From the NCBI GenBank assembly GCA_963931625.1, contig OZ007033.1, forward strand, positions 524,881-588,880: DNA of 64,000 bases. Direction: 5' to 3'. Positions 10,717-19,443 of the stretch are shown here, in pieces. Position 1 is the first letter of the stretch. Every line of letters begins with the position of its first letter. The translations under genes and the position numbers were made by a program. Under the pieces are notes generated by a model. The model did no database searches, had not been told where the DNA came from, and saw only the letters and a list, made by a program, of their open reading frames with translations. The DNA comes from an uncultured Bacteroidales bacterium (GTDB lineage Bacteria; Bacteroidota; Bacteroidia; Bacteroidales; UBA932).

Positions 10717-12003
10717 ATGACGGACATGGAAACCAACGACATACTCGACAACATAAACATACTTCCATCCGACTGGTCCAACGACAATGCCATCATCAAG
10801 GTAATCGGAGTGGGAGGAGGAGGATGCAATGCAGTCTCCTACATGTTCAACCAGAAGATAGAGGGCTGCAGCTTCATAGTCTGCAACACGGATGCCCAGG
10901 CTCTCCGGAAAAGCCCGGTTCCCGTCAAGGTGCAGCTCGGGCAGGGGCTCGGTGCAGGATGTGACCCCATCAAGGGGCGCAATGCCGCCATAGAGGCGCA
11001 GGATGAAATCGCAAGGACGGTCCTGAACACCAACACCCAGATGCTCTTCATCACCGCCGGAATGGGCGGAGGCACAGGCACCGGAGCAGCTCCGGTCATA
11101 GCCGAGATGGCACAGAAAAGGGGAATACTGACAGTCGCCATTGTCACCCTCCCGTTCAAGAATGAGGGCAACGAATCCCTGTCAAAAGCCATTGACGGCA
11201 TACACGAACTTGAAAAGAGCGTCGACAGCCTCCTCATCATCAACAACGAGAAACTCTACGAATACTACGGCGACCTGCTCGTGCAGGAAGCATTCCCGAA
11301 AGCCGACGAAATCCTTGCCACGGCAGTACGCGGCATCATAGAGATCATCCAGAAGCCGGGGTATATCAATGTGGACTTCGCCGATGTGAAGACCATGATG
11401 AAAAACAGCGGGATGGCCCTGATGGGATGCGGCAGCGGCACCGGGGACAACCGCATAGACAATGCCATAAAGGAAGCCCTCGAATCGCCGCTACTCAACG
11501 ACTTCGACCTGAAGACCGCCAAGAATGTGCTCATAAACATCACCATAGGCAAGAACGACAAGGGCCTGTCAATGAAGGAGCTAGACACCATCAACAACAA
11601 GATCAACGAGTACACCGGCAACGCCAACAACTTCAAGCGGGGCATAATCTTCGACGAAGACCCGGCCACCGGCGACAGGATCAACATCACCGTCATTGCC
11701 ACCGGCTTCAAGATGAGCCAGCTGAGCGACATCACGGATGTGAGCATCGGCAACATCATAATGATAGACAAGGACTTCACCTACGACGGAAACGGCATGA
11801 TGGCAGGAGAGGAAAGGGAGCTGCCGGAAACCGTCACAAGGAAGGTAGGCCCGACCAACACCACCAACATCAGGAAATTCAGCTTCAAGGACAAGCCTGC
11901 CCTCATCATACAACCGGGCCAGAGCCTCAGCGAGCTGGAAACCGTATCCGCCTATGCCCGTGCCATCCGCCAGATGTCCGAAACTTCCGAAAGCGGCAAC
12001 TGA
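10717..12003 (+). CDS. ftsZ: Cell division GTPase FtsZ
   Basis: GVGGGGCNA, AGMGGGTGTGAAP tubulin signature, INVDFADV. Alternative start at 10726. Confidence 0.97.
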   Translation: MTDMETNDILDNINILPSDWSNDNAIIKVIGVGGGGCNAVSYMFNQKIEGCSFIVCNTDAQALRKSPVPVKVQLGQGLGAGCDPIKGRNAAIEAQDEIARTVLNTNTQMLFITAGMGGGTGTGAAPVIAEMAQKRGILTVAIVTLPFKNEGNESLSKAIDGIHELEKSVDSLLIINNEKLYEYYGDLLVQEAFPKADEILATAVRGIIEIIQKPGYINVDFADVKTMMKNSGMALMGCGSGTGDNRIDNAIKEALESPLLNDFDLKTAKNVLINITIGKNDKGLSMKELDTINNKINEYTGNANNFKRGIIFDEDPATGDRINITVIATGFKMSQLSDITDVSIGNIIMIDKDFTYDGNGMMAGEERELPETVTRKVGPTNTTNIRKFSFKDKPALIIQPGQSLSELETVSAYARAIRQMSETSESGN

Positions 12004-12063
12004 CGGTATCAACATTGTTTCATAAATATCTGAAAACATTTCCGGATTTATGCCGACATTGTC

Positions 12064-12071
12064 TATCTTTG
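12064..12071 (+). promoter_or_regulatory. Bacteroidota primary-sigma -7 box (TATCTTTG) for the gltX operon
   Basis: Exact TAnnTTTG match about 70 nt upstream of the gltX ATG. Confidence 0.65.
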
Positions 12072-12138
12072 CAGGTTGACGGCATGTCCGGAAGTTCCGG
12101 CATGCGGAAAATCTAATGCACCGCAAGGTGGATATATT

Positions 12139-13794
12139 ATGGAAAGAAGAACAAGAGTAAGATTTGCACCGTCACCTACAGGGCCTCTCCACATGGGCGG
12201 GGTCAGGACGGCCCTTTACAATTATCTCTATGCCAAGCAGCATGGAGGGGATTTCATCATAAGGATAGAAGACACCGACTCCCAGAGGTTCGTGCCTGGA
12301 GCGGAAAAATATATAATCGAAGCCCTCAACTGGTGCGGCATCATTCCTGATGAAGGGGTGGATGCAGACGGAAATGTGGTGGAAACGCCATCCGAAAAGC
12401 ATCCGCACGCCCCGTACAGGCAGTCACAGCGCCGAGGCATATACAGGAAATACGCCGAGGAACTGGTCGAAAAGGGATTTGCCTACTACGCTTTCGACAC
12501 TGCGGAGGAGCTTGCATCCAAAAGGGCTGAAATGGAGGCGGAGAAAAAGACCTTCATATACAATCATATCACAAGAAAATCCCTGCGGAACTCCCTTTCC
12601 ATGCCGGAAAGCGAATGGAGGCCGCTGCTGGATACGCATACAGACTGGACCATCAGGTTCAAGATGCCCGAAAACAGGGTCGTGAAGATGGACGACCTCA
12701 TCAGAGGACACATAGAGGTCAATACCGACACGCTTGACGACAAGGTGCTCTGGAAAAGGGCAGACGAACTCCCTACCTACCACCTTGCCAACATCGTGGA
12801 TGACCACCTCATGGAAATCACCGAAGTCATCAGAGGCGAGGAATGGCTTCCTTCCCTCCCCCTCCACTACCTCCTGTACGAAGCATTCGGATGGCAGGAC
12901 AGCCAGCCGAGATTCGCCCACCTCTCCCTGCTTCTGAAACCGGACGGGAAAGGCAAGCTCAGCAAGAGGGACGGGGACAGGCTCGGCTTCCCGGTTTTCC
13001 CGCTGAAATGGACAAATGCCGAGGGAGAAGTTTCCAGAGGCTACCGAGAGGACGGGTATTTCCCTGAAGCATTCGTGAACATGCTTGCAATGCTCGGCTG
13101 GAACCCCGGCGATGACAGGGAGCTCTTCACCATGGACGAGCTTATCCAGGCATTTTCCCTTGAAAGGGTCATCAAGTCAGGTGCCCGCTTCAATCCGGAC
13201 AAGGCCAGATGGTATAACAAGGAATACCTGCGCACAAAGAGCGACGACGAACTCACGGACCTCTTCATTCCAGTGCTTGAAAGCCACGGGATGCAGGTGG
13301 TGGCCTGCCCGAAATGTGCCATCACTGCAGGAGCGGAACTCACCCCTCAGGGGGCGGACTTCAAGAACCATATCTTCACAAGGGAATATGTGGAGAAGAT
13401 TGTATGCCTCATAAAGGAAAGGGCGACATTCGTGGCCGACTTCTGGGACATAGCCTCATATCTTTTCGTGGCCCCTGCATCATTTGCAGAGAAGGATGCC
13501 GCCAAATTCTGGAAAGAAGAAAACTACAGCCTTGCCTTCCAGGCCGCTGAATTCATAGAAAACTTCGATGCCGGCAACAAGGTCGGCCCTGAATTCACAA
13601 AGGAACAGCTGGAAGGACCTCTTGAGGAATACATCAGGAACAACGGATGGCCTATGGGCAAGGTGATGAACTGTCTGAGACTGGCCCTTGTCGGAGCATC
13701 AAGCGGACTCGGCATCGCCGACATAGTGTCAATCATCGGCAAGAAGGAACTTGCTTCAAGAATGGAATTCATCAAAAACACTCTCGGAAAATGA
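12139..13794 (+). CDS. gltX: Glutamate--tRNA ligase
   Basis: RVRFAPSPTGPLHMGG (HIGH-type), RIEDTD, IRGEEWL, KLSKR (KMSKS-type). Start moved to ATG 12139 (MERRTRVRF), downstream of the promoter. Confidence 0.96.
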   Translation: MERRTRVRFAPSPTGPLHMGGVRTALYNYLYAKQHGGDFIIRIEDTDSQRFVPGAEKYIIEALNWCGIIPDEGVDADGNVVETPSEKHPHAPYRQSQRRGIYRKYAEELVEKGFAYYAFDTAEELASKRAEMEAEKKTFIYNHITRKSLRNSLSMPESEWRPLLDTHTDWTIRFKMPENRVVKMDDLIRGHIEVNTDTLDDKVLWKRADELPTYHLANIVDDHLMEITEVIRGEEWLPSLPLHYLLYEAFGWQDSQPRFAHLSLLLKPDGKGKLSKRDGDRLGFPVFPLKWTNAEGEVSRGYREDGYFPEAFVNMLAMLGWNPGDDRELFTMDELIQAFSLERVIKSGARFNPDKARWYNKEYLRTKSDDELTDLFIPVLESHGMQVVACPKCAITAGAELTPQGADFKNHIFTREYVEKIVCLIKERATFVADFWDIASYLFVAPASFAEKDAAKFWKEENYSLAFQAAEFIENFDAGNKVGPEFTKEQLEGPLEEYIRNNGWPMGKVMNCLRLALVGASSGLGIADIVSIIGKKELASRMEFIKNTLGK

Positions 13795-14096
13795 GTTTCT
13801 TCAAGAACGGAAAGGAAAACGGCCGGACCCGGGGCACAGGCTCCGGGAACGGTTCTGCCACAAACAGCAGCGGCAATGCGGACGGGAGACCAAAAGGGAA
13901 GTTCTCCTGGATGCAGATGGTGTACCTGATCATCGCCATGCTTGCAATGGGCATAGCCTCAATCTATGTAACCAGGATAATAGACGGCGACAGTGACCAT
14001 TTCGACTGGATCATGACCATCGCCCTGATGCTCATCGGCGTAAGCAACGCCCTGCAGTTCTTCTACTCAAGAAGAAACAACGCAAGAAGAAGATAA
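13791..14096 (+). CDS. Small hypothetical inner-membrane protein (101 aa, 2 predicted TM helices)
   Basis: ATG overlaps the gltX stop (ATGA 13791-13794). G/N/S-rich N-terminus, two hydrophobic segments, Arg-rich tail; fills the gap before rpiB. Confidence 0.7.
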   Translation: MSFFKNGKENGRTRGTGSGNGSATNSSGNADGRPKGKFSWMQMVYLIIAMLAMGIASIYVTRIIDGDSDHFDWIMTIALMLIGVSNALQFFYSRRNNARRR

Positions 14097-14122
14097 TCTT
14101 TTTTAGAAATTGTCAAGACAAA

Positions 14123-14554
14123 ATGAAGATAGGGATTTGCAGCGACCATGCGGGGTTCGCATACAAGACAAGGCTCATAGAGGCACTTGAACGGAAAGGA
14201 TATGAAATGGTGGACTTCGGTACACATTCCGAGGAAAGCATGGACTATCCGGATGTGGCGCACCCGCTGGCAGAGGCGGTGGAAAACCGCACGGTGGACT
14301 GCGGCATCGCGATGTGCGGCACGGGCAACGGCATGGCCATGACCCTCAACAAGCATCAGGGAATCCGCGCCGGACTTGCATGGAACAGGGAAATCGGAGA
14401 ACTGGTCAAAAGACACAACAATGCGAATGTACTGGTGATGCCGGCCAGGTTCATTGCCTTTGAAGAAGTGCTTGTAATCACCGAGGCATGGCTTGACACA
14501 CCTTTCGAAGGCGGACGCCACCAGAAAAGGATTGAGAAGATACCTGTAAAATAA
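14123..14554 (+). CDS. rpiB: Ribose-5-phosphate isomerase B
   Basis: SDHAG, MDYPD, CGTGNGM, NKHQGIRA, HNNAN, FEGGRHQKRI. Confidence 0.93.
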   Translation: MKIGICSDHAGFAYKTRLIEALERKGYEMVDFGTHSEESMDYPDVAHPLAEAVENRTVDCGIAMCGTGNGMAMTLNKHQGIRAGLAWNREIGELVKRHNNANVLVMPARFIAFEEVLVITEAWLDTPFEGGRHQKRIEKIPVK

Positions 14555-14580
14555 ACCATCCTCAGGCATACGGGGACAAA

Positions 14581-15603
14581 ATGCAGCAGAAGACAGAAAT
14601 GGCACCGCCGCTGATTGCGGACAGGGAATTTTTTGAGAGGGCAGGCCGGAATGAAGCCTGTCCCCTCTTGTCTGATGACATCAACGACTATCCGGGAGGC
14701 ATAATAATACCGGTGGACAAGCCCTACAGATGGACATCGGCAGATGTGATCCGCAAGGTCAAGTTCGCGGCCACAAGGCATTTCCACAAGAAAAACCTGA
14801 AAGTCGGCCATGCCGGGACGCTTGATCCGCTTGCCACAGGAGTGCTTCTGGTCTGCATAGGCAAGGCAACAAGGCTGGCGGAACTGCTTCAGAGCCATGA
14901 CAAGGAATATGTGGCAGGCATAACCTTCGGCGCCACCACCCCGTCGTACGACCTTGAAAAGGAAATCGACAGGCTTTTTCCTCACGAGCATATCACAAGG
15001 GAATCATTGGCAGAAGTCCTGCCGGGATTCCTTGGCGAGCAGGAACAGATCGCACCCCTGTTCTCGGCAAAGTCCGTAGACGGAGTAAGGGCATACGAAC
15101 TGGCAAGGAAACTGTACAAGAAAGAGACTGACAAAGGAGGCATGTTCGACAAGGCCGCATCAGACCTCATCAGGACATCAAGAATCACAATATCCGACAT
15201 TGAACTGCTCGGCTTCCATCCAGGAGGGAAAGAGGCTGAATGCGCCCCTGCCTTCACGGATAAAACCGGAAGCAATGACAGTAAAGTGCCCGATGAGGAT
15301 AATGATACCGTATCATCCGGGGACAAGGCTGCAGCCGCCGACAGACGGAGCCTGCGGATAAATGTGACAGACAATTCACACCTCGGACTTCCGGAAGCCG
15401 TCATCAGGATAGGATGCAGCAAAGGCACCTACATCCGGGCATTTGCCCGTGACCTCGGCGAAGTCCTCAACAGCGGGGCCCATCTGAGCTCGCTCCGCCG
15501 CAGCCGCAGCGGCCGCTTCCGCGTGGAAGACTCGCTCGACATCAGTAGCGTCTCACTGCTTTTCAGCAGTCCGCAGCAAAGGCCCTTAAAAGACAGGATA
15601 TGA
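14581..15603 (+). CDS. truB: tRNA pseudouridine(55) synthase
   Basis: DKPYRWTS, KVGHAGTLDPLATGVL (catalytic D), FSAK, CSKGTYIR, LRRSRSGRF. Confidence 0.93.
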   Translation: MQQKTEMAPPLIADREFFERAGRNEACPLLSDDINDYPGGIIIPVDKPYRWTSADVIRKVKFAATRHFHKKNLKVGHAGTLDPLATGVLLVCIGKATRLAELLQSHDKEYVAGITFGATTPSYDLEKEIDRLFPHEHITRESLAEVLPGFLGEQEQIAPLFSAKSVDGVRAYELARKLYKKETDKGGMFDKAASDLIRTSRITISDIELLGFHPGGKEAECAPAFTDKTGSNDSKVPDEDNDTVSSGDKAAAADRRSLRINVTDNSHLGLPEAVIRIGCSKGTYIRAFARDLGEVLNSGAHLSSLRRSRSGRFRVEDSLDISSVSLLFSSPQQRPLKDRI

Positions 15604-16937
15604 CAAAGTCACTGAACTATTCATACAGGCACATCTGGAAGGTGGCCTATCCCATTCTGGTCAGCCTCATCATGGAGCAGCTGCTCGGCATGACAGATAC
15701 GGCATTCCTCGGCAGGGTCGGGGAAGTGGAACTTGCCGCCTCTGCCATAGCCGGAGTCTACTGCCTTGCAATATTCGTCACCGGATTCGGTTTCGGAATC
15801 GGCTCCCAGATCATCATAGCCAGACGCAACGGGGAAGGGAACTACCGGGAAACCGGCAACATATTCTGGCACGGAGTATATTTTCTCACGGGGCTTGCCG
15901 CAGTGGTGATCATCCTTTCCGAACTGTTCTCACCCTGGATACTCGGGCATCTGATCGAATCGGATGAAATAGTTGCTGCCGCAATGAGCTATGTAAGATG
16001 GAGGCTTGTAGGCTTCATATTCGCATTCGTGACCGTGATGTTCAGGGCATTCTATGTGGGCACCACACAGACCAGGACCCTCACCCTGAACTCCATCGTG
16101 ATGGTGCTCGCGAACATCCTCTTCAACTGGATACTCGTATTCGGCAAACTCGGATTCCCTGCCCTCGGAATAGCCGGTTCGGCCATAGGCACAGCCCTTG
16201 CGGAACTCGTTTCACTCATATTCTTCACTGTCTACACCATAACGAAAACCGACTGTGAAAAATACGGTCTGAACAGAAGGATACGGTTCAGCTGGAAGAA
16301 GCTCAAGGACATACTTTCAATATCCGTATGGACGATGGTGCAGAACTTTTTCTCCGTGTCCACATGGTTCATCTTCTTCATGTTCGTGGAACACCTCGGA
16401 GAAAGGTCACTTGCCATCTCCAACCTCATCCGCAGCATATCGGGCTTCCTCTGGGTATTCGTATCAGCTTTCGCCTCCACATGCAGTTCGCTCGTCAGCA
16501 ACCTCATAGGGGAAGGCCACACCGATTCTGTCCCGAGGCTGATACGCAGGGTCATAAAGCTTGCATATATCCCCGTGACAGCACTGGCCCTCATCTTCGC
16601 CCTGTTCCCGAAAACCGTGATAGGCATATACACAGACATGCCGGACCTGATTTCCGCATCGGTCAGGTCGCTGTGGGTACTCTGTTTCTCCTATCTGTTC
16701 ACTGCCCCGGCACTCATATGCTTCAATGCCATATCCGGTACGGGAAACACCCGCACCGCATTTGTCCTCGAAATGGCGGCACTTGTAATCTATGTGGCAT
16801 TCTGCCTTGCGGTAATCGCCGGAATCAGACCGGACGTGTCAGTATGCTGGCTGGCAGAACTGGTCTATGCCATATCCATGCTTACAATATGCGGTCTCTA
16901 TCTGCGGAGCAACCGCTGGAAAGGCACAAGGATTTAG
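15600..16937 (+). CDS. MATE-family efflux transporter
   Basis: About 12 TM helices, DTAFLGRVG, two internal repeats, FGKLGFPALGIAGSAIGT. Confidence 0.88.
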   Translation: MTKSLNYSYRHIWKVAYPILVSLIMEQLLGMTDTAFLGRVGEVELAASAIAGVYCLAIFVTGFGFGIGSQIIIARRNGEGNYRETGNIFWHGVYFLTGLAAVVIILSELFSPWILGHLIESDEIVAAAMSYVRWRLVGFIFAFVTVMFRAFYVGTTQTRTLTLNSIVMVLANILFNWILVFGKLGFPALGIAGSAIGTALAELVSLIFFTVYTITKTDCEKYGLNRRIRFSWKKLKDILSISVWTMVQNFFSVSTWFIFFMFVEHLGERSLAISNLIRSISGFLWVFVSAFASTCSSLVSNLIGEGHTDSVPRLIRRVIKLAYIPVTALALIFALFPKTVIGIYTDMPDLISASVRSLWVLCFSYLFTAPALICFNAISGTGNTRTAFVLEMAALVIYVAFCLAVIAGIRPDVSVCWLAELVYAISMLTICGLYLRSNRWKGTRI

Positions 16938-16939
16938 GA

Positions 16940-18199
16940 CTACTGCACAGGAATGCGCCTGTTGACATTCTTGTAGCCTGAAGATGCATAGAACAGGATG
17001 TAGGCAAGTCCGAGAAGGATGAACCAGAATGAAGGGATATATCCCATCCAGTCGGCAAGGGCTCCCTGTATGGCAGGTATGATGCCGCCTCCGCAGACCA
17101 TGAACATGAAGAAGCCTGTTGCCGAAGAAGTGTATTTTCCGAGTCCCTCAACGGCCATGTTGAAGATGTTCCCCCACATCACGGATGTGAAAAGCCCTGT
17201 AAGGATGAGAAATACTGCATTGATCGGAATGTCGGTAAAAATTCTTTCACCGAATGACACAAGGAGGTCGGAAGGGGTGAATATCGCCATGATTATCAAG
17301 GCCATTGAGCCGAATGTCGCAAATGAGAGCATGTCATGGCTGGCGAAGCGGGAACCGAAATATCCGCCCACCAGACGGCCAATGAACATGAAGAACCAGT
17401 ACAGGCTGACAATGACGCCCGCCTTTCCTGGCATGAGCCCGATCTCATGGGTAAGATAGAGATTGGTGGTGTTTGCGATTCCGATCTCTATGCCGGTATA
17501 TATGAAGATGGCCACAGCTCCGAGCACGAAATGACGGAATGAAAAGCAGCTGTATATGCCGTCCCCCTTATGCGGGAGTTCCACCTTGATCATATCCTCA
17601 TCGAACTCAGGTTCAGGCATCCTGGTGAAAAGGATGACTATGAAGGCAATGACAAAGATGCCGATGGCAATGAAGAAGGCCGGATTGGCATCAGCAATGG
17701 AATGGCTGGCATGCTGGCCGGTAAGCCATCCGATGAAGAACGGGACGAAGGTCGCCGCAAGCGAGTTGAGTGAATTTCCGTACTGGAGAAGCTGGTTGCC
17801 CTTCTTTCCGCCCTGGCCTATGGAGTTGAGCATCGGGTTGACCACCGCATTGAGCATGCAGGCGGCAAAGCCTGAAACGAATGCGCCGAGCAGATATACC
17901 CAGAAACTTTCAAGGACTCCGGACAGCCAGAATGTGCCGACTCCGAGGATGCCGATGCAGACCGCCACAAGGGACGATACCTTATAACCGTATTTCTTCA
18001 ATATGTAGCCGGCAGGAAGTCCCATACATGCGTATGCAAGGAAATTTATGAGATTGCCGAGCTGGGAAACCGCATTTGAAAAGCCGAACTGGAATTTGAC
18101 TATGATGCCGAGAGGATTGTGAAGCCCCGTGATGAATGCTATCATGAAGAACAGCGCAAACATGATGGCTATCGCCGGAATATAATTCTTTTTGGTCAT
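16940..18199 (-). CDS. MFS sugar transporter (FucP/GluP glucose-galactose/N-acetylhexosamine family)
   Basis: 12-TM pattern, QLGNLINFLAY, GIEIGI, SVMWGNIF, GGGIIPAIQG. Confidence 0.85.
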   Translation of the reverse strand: MTKKNYIPAIAIMFALFFMIAFITGLHNPLGIIVKFQFGFSNAVSQLGNLINFLAYACMGLPAGYILKKYGYKVSSLVAVCIGILGVGTFWLSGVLESFWVYLLGAFVSGFAACMLNAVVNPMLNSIGQGGKKGNQLLQYGNSLNSLAATFVPFFIGWLTGQHASHSIADANPAFFIAIGIFVIAFIVILFTRMPEPEFDEDMIKVELPHKGDGIYSCFSFRHFVLGAVAIFIYTGIEIGIANTTNLYLTHEIGLMPGKAGVIVSLYWFFMFIGRLVGGYFGSRFASHDMLSFATFGSMALIIMAIFTPSDLLVSFGERIFTDIPINAVFLILTGLFTSVMWGNIFNMAVEGLGKYTSSATGFFMFMVCGGGIIPAIQGALADWMGYIPSFWFILLGLAYILFYASSGYKNVNRRIPVQ

Positions 18200-18340
18200 C
18201 GCAGTATGGTTTAGTTACACTTCAAAGATTTTTGAAAAATCGTTTAAATATAAAAAATTTATCAGAGAATGTTTAGAAAATTTTAAGAATCTGTTTAGAA
18301 AAAGCGGATCATGCCCCGGGACAAGCCCGTATGCAGGCAT

Positions 18341-18375
18341 AAAAAGAGGGTAACCAAAAGTTTCCGGTTACCCTC
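18341..18375 (-). terminator. Intrinsic terminator after the ROK kinase
   Basis: Perfect 10-bp stem GAGGGTAACC (18346-55) / GGTTACCCTC (18366-75), followed by T5 on the minus strand. Confidence 0.8.
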
Positions 18376-18433
18376 AAACATCTTTCTTCGAAAGACTGAA
18401 CCTGTCTTAACCCCCTCCGGTCGCTTTCGAATG

Positions 18434-19408
18434 TCACAGTTCCCAGGCCAGTGCCGATGCCCCGAGAATGGCGGCATCCGACTCCTTGAGCTGTGAGAAG
18501 ACTATCTTTATCCTGTTCCTCCAGAGAGGAAGAAGATTGGCGTTCATTGAATTCATTATAGGCTCATAAAGGTACTCCTTGGCCCTCGCAAGCCCTCCGA
18601 AAAGAACAATGGCTTCCGGAGCGCTGAAAGCGACAAAATCGGCGAATGACTCACCGAGAATCTTTCCGGTGAACTCGAATATCTTGAGGGCCATCTTGTC
18701 CCCCTCCTTTGCAGCCTCATAGACATCCTTTGAGGATATGCTGTCAAGGCTTCTCAAGACGGAAGGTTCGTCCGTCATCTCCAGCCACTCGCGGGCCGTA
18801 CGTGCCACACCGGTGGCAGAGCAATATGTCTCCAGACAGCCTGTCTTACCGCAGTTGCATATGCGGCCGTTATGGCGGACGGCACATGTGTGCCCGAGCT
18901 CACCTGCAAATCCGTCATGTCCGTAGACCACTTCCCCGTTGATGACTATGCCGCTGCCGACACCGGTGCCGAGCGTGATCATGATGAAATTCTTCATGCC
19001 CCTTGCTGCCCCGTAGGTCATTTCACCTACCGCAGCCGCATTGGCATCATTGGTAAGGGCAACCTTGAGTCCGCCTGTCTTCATGGAAAGCAGGGAAGCG
19101 AACGGTATTGTCTTTGCCCCTCCCCATACGAGATTGACGGCATTCTCGATATTCCCGGTGTAATAGTTCCCGTTAGGGGCGCCCACACCGATGCCGCGGA
19201 TCTTCCCTTCCGAATCCGACTCCTTGATTATCTTTTCAAGGGCGGAGGCAAGCTCGTCTATATAAAGATTGACATTATCATATGTATCTGTCCTGATCAC
19301 CGTCTGGGAAAGCACCTGTCCCCTGGTGTCCACTATGCCCATCTTCGTAGTCTGTCCGCCGACATCTATGCCGACCACATACGGCTTTTCAACTGTATTG
19401 AGTTCCAT
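18434..19408 (-). CDS. ROK-family hexokinase/glucokinase
   Basis: GIDVGGQTTK, NDANAAAVGE, GTGVGSG, GELGH, zinc motif CNCGKTGCLE. Alternative start at 19429. Confidence 0.9.
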   Translation of the reverse strand: MELNTVEKPYVVGIDVGGQTTKMGIVDTRGQVLSQTVIRTDTYDNVNLYIDELASALEKIIKESDSEGKIRGIGVGAPNGNYYTGNIENAVNLVWGGAKTIPFASLLSMKTGGLKVALTNDANAAAVGEMTYGAARGMKNFIMITLGTGVGSGIVINGEVVYGHDGFAGELGHTCAVRHNGRICNCGKTGCLETYCSATGVARTAREWLEMTDEPSVLRSLDSISSKDVYEAAKEGDKMALKIFEFTGKILGESFADFVAFSAPEAIVLFGGLARAKEYLYEPIMNSMNANLLPLWRNRIKIVFSQLKESDAAILGASALAWEL

Positions 19409-19443
19409 ATCCTTATTTTGTTTATGCATTCACAGAAGTACGG

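Noticed and set aside
1-12003. Absence of murF and ddl from the dcw cluster, and non-canonical FtsZ tail
   Set aside because: Normal for Bacteroidota.
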